From the sequence record DRR723986_7331: a DNA stretch of 43,086 nucleotides; one strand, written 5' to 3'. Both the position numbers and the translations under genes were made by a program. Positions 18,470 to 25,243 of this stretch are shown here, in pieces; positions within the stretch are counted from its first letter, which is position 1; each line of letters begins with the position of its first letter. The notes beneath the pieces were generated by a model. The model was not told where the DNA came from and did no database searches. It saw nothing but the letters and a program-made list of their open reading frames with translations.

Positions 18470-20503
18470 TTACTTCCATGACAAACCGACCGTGATACCC
18501 AACAAGTACTGGCGTTCGCTGGCAGGCTCGAAAAACTGCCCTGCCCCTTGGTTCACAATCACCGACCCTACGTATTCCTTATCGAACACATTGTCCACAC
18601 GGGCATAAGTGCGCACATTCCAGCCACCATTCAAAGGCCAGTCCTTGCTGGCGCGCAAGTTCACCACCGAGTAGGAAGGGGCGAAGGCATCGTTTGCATC
18701 GTTGGCGAACAGCTTGTCGACATACCGCAATTCTGTGGCTGCCTCATACAGGCTTGAAGGCTTGTAGACCAGTTCACCAAAAAAGGTTTTTTTCGGAATG
18801 CTGGGCAAGCTGTTGCCGGCCTGAATGCTGTTGACCGAGGTGTCGTAAGTAGCGCGAATGTAATTCACCGCCGCATTGGCTTGCCATTGCCTGTTGAAAG
18901 CATGTTGCAGGGCCAGTTCCGCACCTTCGCGACTGGTCGAGCCGGCGTTCTGAAATGAGGTGGCACCGCCGTTCGCGGCCAACACCACGATCTCATTGTC
19001 GGTGTCTACCGTGTACAGGGCTGCATTCACCAAGGTGCCACCAAATTTGGCTTTCACACCGACTTCCAGTTGCTCACTTTTTGCCGCTTCCAGCTGGGAA
19101 TTAAAGTTTGGACTGGGTGGTGCAACCGACAAATACGCGGTTTCCAGCAGGGTGGGGGTTTCAAACCCTTCGCCATAAGAAATATAGGTGTTGATGTTGG
19201 GTTGCAAACGGTAGGTGAGGCCCACATTGCTGGTGACCTCATCGTACTTTTTGCTGCCACTGCCGTCGCCATTGCTCAAGAATTGATCATTGGATTCGAT
19301 CTCGATGGACGAATTTCGAACCCCGCCCAGCACGCTGAACTTGTCGGTGAAAAAATACTCCGCCTGCAAGTACTGATCGAACTGGCTCGCCGTGTTGGCC
19401 TCATCCCGGTTGGGTGTGGTGCTGGCACCAAAGAAGCCCAAACGAGCCTGCTCCAGTTCACCGACGGTCAAGCCCGCATTCAAAAACAAAGGTCTTTCCA
19501 ACAGACTGGTTTGGTGCCCAAATCGCAAATCAGCGCCACTGTATTCGTTTTTCAAATCAATCACCGCAGTGCTGGCCAACACCTGGCGAATCTTCCGGTC
19601 TCCGTAATAAGGGCTGAAAGTCACATTGGTGCTGGGGCTGAACTTGTGCTCCAGCACAATACCGGTTTGGCTTTGTTCCACTGTTTTGTTGGTGTTGTTG
19701 GCCACCGTGTTGGTGCCCGCCTGCCGGCGGTTGCTGGCCAGTTGCGCAGCAGTCAGGCCAGCCGGGTCTTGCGCCAGGGGAATATCCACGTAGTTCACAA
19801 CCCAGCTTAAGCGAGTGTCGCTGCTTAAATTCCACACCATTTTGCTGTTGAAATTGTCTCGACGCGCTTTGCTGTGGTCGCGGTATCCATCCGTTCGGAA
19901 GGTGGATGCATCTATCACAATGCCCACCTCCTCATTGCCCTTGTTCAGCTTGATACCGCTTCTGCGGGTGCTGTCGGTTCCAAATATCTGGTTCACCTCC
20001 AGCTCAGTGCCCACGCGCGGGTTTTCGGTGGTCAGCAAGATCACGCCGCCCGAGGAATTGCCATACAGGGATGAAAACGGCCCGCGCAGCACTTCTATTG
20101 ACTCGGTTGAGCTCAAACTGAAGTGGGAAATTTGGCCGGAACCATCCGGCATGGTAGCGGGTATGCCATCGGAGAAAAGACGAACACCACGGACACCCGA
20201 AGTTGCCCGCGCCCCAAAACCTCGAATTGAAATTTGAAGATCTTGCGCAAAATTGTTGCGATTGTTGATCACAAGGCCGGGCACACGGGTCAGCGTTTCC
20301 GACAAATTGACCTGAAAGCTCGCCGCCTTCTCCAGAGTGTTCTGGTTAATCTTGTCGACCGAAGCTGGCACCTCAAACGGGTCGCGTGCCTCGCGGGTGG
20401 CCGAGACCACGAAGGTGTCCAGGCTTTCGGTTTGTGACCATGCAGGTGAGGCCATGCCCAAAGTGGCCAAAGCGGCAATCAAGGGTGTACTGCGGTGCTT
20501 CAT
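18470..20503 (-). CDS. pqqU: TonB-dependent receptor of the YncD/PqqU family, probable PQQ importer
   Basis: The plug segment VNLSE...PGL...NRNNFAQDLQISIRGFGAR...GVRG.RL..DGIPATMPDG.GQ...EVLRGPFS.LYGNSSGGVI matches E. coli YncD/PqqU as I recall it. GFETPT, ET..EIVV and YVGSVIVN also fit, and the gene is adjacent to a PQQ enzyme. Confidence 0.8.
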   Translation of the reverse strand: MKHRSTPLIAALATLGMASPAWSQTESLDTFVVSATREARDPFEVPASVDKINQNTLEKAASFQVNLSETLTRVPGLVINNRNNFAQDLQISIRGFGARATSGVRGVRLFSDGIPATMPDGSGQISHFSLSSTESIEVLRGPFSSLYGNSSGGVILLTTENPRVGTELEVNQIFGTDSTRRSGIKLNKGNEEVGIVIDASTFRTDGYRDHSKARRDNFNSKMVWNLSSDTRLSWVVNYVDIPLAQDPAGLTAAQLASNRRQAGTNTVANNTNKTVEQSQTGIVLEHKFSPSTNVTFSPYYGDRKIRQVLASTAVIDLKNEYSGADLRFGHQTSLLERPLFLNAGLTVGELEQARLGFFGASTTPNRDEANTASQFDQYLQAEYFFTDKFSVLGGVRNSSIEIESNDQFLSNGDGSGSKKYDEVTSNVGLTYRLQPNINTYISYGEGFETPTLLETAYLSVAPPSPNFNSQLEAAKSEQLEVGVKAKFGGTLVNAALYTVDTDNEIVVLAANGGATSFQNAGSTSREGAELALQHAFNRQWQANAAVNYIRATYDTSVNSIQAGNSLPSIPKKTFFGELVYKPSSLYEAATELRYVDKLFANDANDAFAPSYSVVNLRASKDWPLNGGWNVRTYARVDNVFDKEYVGSVIVNQGAGQFFEPASERQYLLGITVGLSWK

Positions 20504-20560
20504 GAACGGTGTCTCTGAAATGTTGTAGTGAACAGTGCGGCAAGCTTGACGGAAACGGCT

Positions 20561-20603
20561 CGTGAAATTTTCCCGATCGTCAAGAAAAGTGGAATATTTC
20601 CTC
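20561..20603. promoter_or_regulatory. Two CGGGA-N5-TCCCG-like sites in the divergent pqqU / Fe-ADH promoter region
   Basis: CGTGAAATTTTCCCG at 20561-20575 and GTGGAATATTTCCTC at 20589-20603. Confidence 0.5.
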
Positions 20604-20680
20604 TGCCTCTACACTGCCTACTCTTTGTACAATCATAGTAACAACTGTTAACCCCACAATAAAAGTTAGGAGACACCCGC

Positions 20681-21898
20681 ATGTTGCATGCACTGGAAGT
20701 GTTCGCGCTTCGCATTTACATGGCCATTTTCAAAGTGGTCACTGCCCTAATGCCCTTCAAATGGCCCCGCATGTTCGAAGGGACTGGCTCCTCGCTTGAA
20801 CTGATTCGACACATGGCCGATGCAGGGCACCGCAATGTATTGGTGGTCACAGACGCGGTACTGGTGAAACTGGGCGTGCTGGACAAAATGAAAGCCGAGC
20901 TTGATACCCAGGGCGTGAAATACGTGGTGTACGACGGTGTTGAACCCAACCCCACTGTGGAGCAAATCGAAGCCGGTTACCGCATGTTGATGGAAAACGG
21001 CTGTCAGGCCATTCTGGCCGTGGGTGGTGGAAGCCCGATTGATGCCGCCAAAATGATTGGTGCACGCGCCAAGAACAACAAGCCCGTGTTGAAACTGACC
21101 GGTTTGCTGCGGGTGCACAAAGGCATGATTCCCCTGTTCGCTGTGCCGACCACTGCGGGTACCGGTGCAGAAGTCACCATTGCGGCAGTGGTCAGCGACA
21201 CAGAAAACAAACGCAAAGTAGCCGCCATGGACATTCGCTTGTTGCCCACCGCCGCGGCATTGGATGGATCACTGATGACAGGCTTGCCTGCACACATCAC
21301 TTCAGCCACCGGCATGGATGCACTGACACATGCGGTTGAAGCCTTTGTGTCGCGAAACGCCATGAAAAAAACCGACGAGAAGGCACTGGAAGCCACTCAA
21401 CTCATCATGAAATATCTGGAAACGGCTGTGGCCGATGGCAACAACCTCGAAGCCCGCCAGAAAATGGCACGGGCATCGCACCTGGCTGGCATTGCTTTCA
21501 CACAAGCCGGAGTGGGTTATGTGCATGGCATTGCCCACAAGTTTGGCGCTCTCTACCACACGCCCCATGGCTTGGCCAACGCGATTGTAATGCCCCATGT
21601 GCTGGACTATTCATTGCCCAACTGCGCCGACCGCCTGGCCATCCTGGCTCGCGCATGTGGCATCGGCGACAAAGGGGCAGACGATGTGCACCTGGCCCGC
21701 GCCTTCATCGCCCGTATTCGCGAGATGAATGCAAAATTCGGAATCCCGACCCAATTGGCAGCGCTGAAAGCGGCCGATATTCCAGCAGTGGCCAAGTCTG
21801 CGATTGCGGAGGCGCGGTTCACCTACGCAGTGCCCCGCTACATGAACCAGCGTGTGGCTGAGTCGGTAATCAAGAATCTGCTTCCTACCAACACCTAG
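20681..21898 (+). CDS. Iron-containing (group III) alcohol dehydrogenase
   Basis: GGGSPIDAAK, PTTAGTGAEVT, DALTHAVE, GYVHGIAH and HGLANA. AGGAG Shine-Dalgarno. Confidence 0.93.
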   Translation: MLHALEVFALRIYMAIFKVVTALMPFKWPRMFEGTGSSLELIRHMADAGHRNVLVVTDAVLVKLGVLDKMKAELDTQGVKYVVYDGVEPNPTVEQIEAGYRMLMENGCQAILAVGGGSPIDAAKMIGARAKNNKPVLKLTGLLRVHKGMIPLFAVPTTAGTGAEVTIAAVVSDTENKRKVAAMDIRLLPTAAALDGSLMTGLPAHITSATGMDALTHAVEAFVSRNAMKKTDEKALEATQLIMKYLETAVADGNNLEARQKMARASHLAGIAFTQAGVGYVHGIAHKFGALYHTPHGLANAIVMPHVLDYSLPNCADRLAILARACGIGDKGADDVHLARAFIARIREMNAKFGIPTQLAALKAADIPAVAKSAIAEARFTYAVPRYMNQRVAESVIKNLLPTNT

Positions 21899-22043
21899 AA
21901 CTGCGCACCTGCCGCAAGTCAGCGTTACATTATTTTTTCGTGACGCTGTAACTTTTTACCTGCATCGACGATCTATAGCCCAGACCACCCGACCAACCGG
22001 GTGGGTTGCGAGATTGATGACCATCAAAAGAAGGATGCAGGAA

Positions 22044-23045
22044 ATGAGAACAGCAATCGGTATGGCAGTTGTTGCGGCACTGGCCGCAATTGGTACACAG
22101 GCAGCGGTAGCGCAAACTCCAATCCCCAGCGAGCCGGCCAATGCGGTGAACCTAGTAGACGGTCTTGAGGGTGTATTTGGCACCCACGCAGGTTTCCGCC
22201 GATCGGGTGCCCGAGGCGTATGCGCAGCAGGTGAATTCGTTGGCAACAAGGCTGCTTCCGCCATTTCCAAGGCCTCCGCTTTCTCTGGTAAACCAGTACC
22301 TGTCACCCTGCGCTTCTCGGTGGGCGGTGGCAATCCAAATGCACCCGAAAACGGCAAGGGCGTGCGTGGCTTGGCTGCCCAATTCGATCTGCCCAATGGT
22401 GAACAATGGCTAATGGCCAACATTTCAGCCCCCTTCTTCACCGCCGCGACACCCGATGCATTCCTGGCGTTCCTGGAAGCACGAAAACCTGACCCAGCCA
22501 CCAAAAAACCGGACCCTGCAAAAATCGCGGCCGCCGCAGCCAAGTACCCTGACTTCAAACCCCAAATGGAATGGGTTGCCAAAACCGGCGTACCCGCAAG
22601 CTATGCTGCTGTAAATTATTGGAGTACCAACGCATTCAAATTCACCAACGCCGCTGGAAAAACCCAGTTTGCAAAGTGGATGTTTGTGCCCGTAACCGGC
22701 CAAGAGTTCATTCCTGATGACAAATTGGCTACTTATGCGAAGGTGTTTCTGGAAGACGAGTTGAAAGGTCGCGTTGCACAAATTCCAGTGGAATTCGACA
22801 TGGTGCTGCAATTGGCGCAGCCTGGTGACCCCACTGACAATGCCACAGTGGCATGGCCCGATGACCGCAAGAAGGTGGTGGCGGGTCGTTTGAAAGTGAC
22901 GGCAGTGACTGACAAATCAACTTGCGATGGCATCAATTTCAACCCGCTGGTATTGCCTACCGGCATTGAAGGATCGGACGATCCTTTGCTTGCAGCACGG
23001 GCAGGAAGCTACGCAGTGTCACAGGCGCGTCGTTTGGCCAAATAA
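22044..23045 (+). CDS. Exported small catalase-family (SrpA-like) haem protein with the distal His replaced
   Basis: Signal peptide, RFSVGGG, VRGLA, YWSTNAF, FNPLVLP.GIE.SDDPLL and proximal RAGSY. Reads RRSGARG where RR.HAKG is usual. Start chosen at ATG 22044. Confidence 0.82.
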   Translation: MRTAIGMAVVAALAAIGTQAAVAQTPIPSEPANAVNLVDGLEGVFGTHAGFRRSGARGVCAAGEFVGNKAASAISKASAFSGKPVPVTLRFSVGGGNPNAPENGKGVRGLAAQFDLPNGEQWLMANISAPFFTAATPDAFLAFLEARKPDPATKKPDPAKIAAAAAKYPDFKPQMEWVAKTGVPASYAAVNYWSTNAFKFTNAAGKTQFAKWMFVPVTGQEFIPDDKLATYAKVFLEDELKGRVAQIPVEFDMVLQLAQPGDPTDNATVAWPDDRKKVVAGRLKVTAVTDKSTCDGINFNPLVLPTGIEGSDDPLLAARAGSYAVSQARRLAK

Positions 23046-23077
23046 ACGACGTTCCCCTTTTAGCCTGTACACTATTG

Positions 23078-23110
23078 GCCGGTTCCCCCTCCAGGGTTCC
23101 GGCTTTTTTT
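23078..23110 (+). terminator. Rho-independent terminator after the catalase-like gene
   Basis: GCCGG-tt-CCC...GGG-tt-CCGGC hairpin followed by TTTTTTT. Confidence 0.7.
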
Positions 23111-23144
23111 ATGCAGTTCGCCAGCAGTACACAAGGAGCAGTAC

Positions 23145-23747
23145 ATGGAATTATTTGACGCAATTTATCAACGCCGAGCCATCAAGGCATTCGATCCCGA
23201 GCACATCGTCTCTGAAAACGACGAAAAGAAACTGTTCGAGGCCGCCATTCAGGCACCGACCAGTTTCAACATTCAGCATTGGCGTTTTGTGGTAGTGCGC
23301 GATAAAGCCTTGCGCGCTGAAATGCGCAAACTGGGCAATGATCAGGCTCAAATCACGGATGCGTCTTTGCTGGTCATCATGACTGCAGACACCAAGGCTT
23401 GGCAGAAGAACCCCGCCCGTTATTGGGAGCAAGCTCCCAAAGAAGTAGCCGACCTGCTGGTCGGCTGGATGGGGCCTTTCCACGATGGCCGCGAGTGGCT
23501 GCAGCGCGACGAAGCTCAGCGATCCATCGGTATGGCCATGCAAACCTTGATGCTTGCTGCCAAAGGGATTGGCCTGGACTCCTGCCCCATGATCGGCTTC
23601 GACATCGAAGCAGTGGCCAAGTTGATCAACTTGCCAGCCGACCATGTCATGGGCCCTATGGTAGCGATCGGCAAAGGAACCAAAGCGCCTTGGCCAAAAC
23701 CCGGTCAGCTCACCCTGAATGAAGTGTTGGTCAACAACAAATTCTAA
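23145..23747 (+). CDS. Nitroreductase family flavoprotein
   Basis: RRAIKAFD, APTSFNIQHWRF and DSCPMIGFD. AAGGAG Shine-Dalgarno. Confidence 0.93.
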   Translation: MELFDAIYQRRAIKAFDPEHIVSENDEKKLFEAAIQAPTSFNIQHWRFVVVRDKALRAEMRKLGNDQAQITDASLLVIMTADTKAWQKNPARYWEQAPKEVADLLVGWMGPFHDGREWLQRDEAQRSIGMAMQTLMLAAKGIGLDSCPMIGFDIEAVAKLINLPADHVMGPMVAIGKGTKAPWPKPGQLTLNEVLVNNKF

Positions 23748-23753
23748 AAGGCC

Positions 23754-25061
23754 TTAGAGCTTTTCCAGGAACGCAATCAACGCCGCTTGGTCCGCAGGGT
23801 TTAAATCCTGAAAGCGGCGTTTTGCCCCCTCGGCCTCACCACCGTGAAAATCAATCGCTTTCCTGAAATCCCTGCCTGCGCGACCATCGTGCAACAGGGG
23901 TTTGCTGGTTTGGCCAACACCCCACAGCGGTGCTGTCTTCCACTCAGTGGGTAGCCCCAGACCTTCGGGTGCGTTGTCAGCCAAAGCCGGCCCCATGTCA
24001 TGCAACAACAAATCGGAATAAAGCCATACCTCCCGGTCGTTCAAGGGCGCGGGTGCCATGGGCGATGTTTTCATCATGGGTGTGTGGCAACTGCTGCATT
24101 GAATGTCGTTGAATAACTGCTGTCCTCGCAAAGCAATGCCCGTCAGTTGCGGCCTTGGCGGTGGCGCCAGCCAGCGTTGGAAATCTGCCGTGGCCTGTGT
24201 TTCAGCAAGGCTGACTGCCTCGCCCACAAAAGGTGTGCAATCTGCTGTTGCCAGGTTGCCCTTGGGCCGTACCGGTGCTGCAAACAAGGGGTGGAAAGTG
24301 GCAATGCCCAGTTCAGTTGAAAATGCTCCCTGCGTGAATGATTGCACATCGGCCACAAAACCGCGTGCTCCCAAACGGCCCACCAATTGGTCTGCGGCAT
24401 TCAAGTCGTTCACCCCTCCTGGAAACATCACACCAGGTCGACCACTTACCTCCGGGTTCGCCTGCTCACTGGCCAAACCATTTTCAATCAAGGTGCTGTC
24501 AGGAATATTCTCCAGCAATCCAATGCCGAACAGATGAGGCGTAACCCGAGTGGTGCTGGCCATGGCATGGGGAGGCACCAACTCACCACCCAACACACAG
24601 CCGGGTACTTCATCCGGAAATTCCGTGGCCACAGAACGCGCATGAACATGGGGCGCACCATCGGCCTGAGTCACCAACCCCACTGCAAAATGCGGTGCCA
24701 GTAATGTGGTGAAACGCTGAATGGTTTTGGTGGGGTCGGTACCACCCACAGCAGGCTGACCATGACATTCCACACAGCTTTGCGCATTGAATACGGCACC
24801 CAAACCATTGCTGGGCGTGAACACCTTTTCAAACATGGCTTTGCCCTGCTCAAAACGGGCCAGTTGTGTGGGTGTCAAACCATCAATTGGGGCCGACCAG
24901 TCGTGCAGTTCAAGGTCGCGTGTTTCAGCTCGCGTTTTCTCGGCAGTCTGTATCGAATTGTTCGGGGAGTTGGTATTGATTGAATTGTCTTCTGAAGTAC
25001 AGGCGCCCAACATCAGACCGATGGCTGCGAAGGCCGCCACATGGCGTGAACTCTTGATCAT
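23754..25061 (-). CDS. Di-haem oxidoreductase (DHOR family) lipoprotein
   Basis: Lipobox LGAC, two CxxCH motifs (CVECH, CSSCH), PHLFGIGLLE, YSDLLLHDMG, WKTAPLWG and LLHDGRA. Confidence 0.88.
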   Translation of the reverse strand: MIKSSRHVAAFAAIGLMLGACTSEDNSINTNSPNNSIQTAEKTRAETRDLELHDWSAPIDGLTPTQLARFEQGKAMFEKVFTPSNGLGAVFNAQSCVECHGQPAVGGTDPTKTIQRFTTLLAPHFAVGLVTQADGAPHVHARSVATEFPDEVPGCVLGGELVPPHAMASTTRVTPHLFGIGLLENIPDSTLIENGLASEQANPEVSGRPGVMFPGGVNDLNAADQLVGRLGARGFVADVQSFTQGAFSTELGIATFHPLFAAPVRPKGNLATADCTPFVGEAVSLAETQATADFQRWLAPPPRPQLTGIALRGQQLFNDIQCSSCHTPMMKTSPMAPAPLNDREVWLYSDLLLHDMGPALADNAPEGLGLPTEWKTAPLWGVGQTSKPLLHDGRAGRDFRKAIDFHGGEAEGAKRRFQDLNPADQAALIAFLEKL

Positions 25062-25068
25062 GTCTCGA

Positions 25069-25090
25069 AATTATAATGATGATTATGGTT
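25069..25090. promoter_or_regulatory. Fur-box-like element overlapping a minus-strand TATAAT upstream of the DHOR gene
   Basis: TATAATGATGATTATGGTT is a 13/19 match to GATAATGATAATCATTATC. Bases 25069-25086 are 17/18 identical to the Fur box at 32359-32376. Confidence 0.55.
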
Positions 25091-25243
25091 TCTCCATTCT
25101 TACTTCCACACTTCCAAATTGGATTCAAAAGTGACTAGTGTCGGTTACACGACATTGGCACTTTCTATCGGCAGGCGCCTGAATCTGCACAGGGCCCACT
25201 GCAGTAAGAATCAAAGGAGACACCCACACAACAAGTATTCACA

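Noticed and set aside
20681-21898. Calling the Fe-ADH ercA/yiaY
   Set aside because: The context is suggestive, but the N-terminus does not resemble ErcA as I recall it. Orthology needs a phylogeny.
23754-25061. DHOR protein as the missing electron acceptor for ExaA
   Set aside because: No shared motif or operon link, and ExaA normally uses a small mono-haem cytochrome c550.
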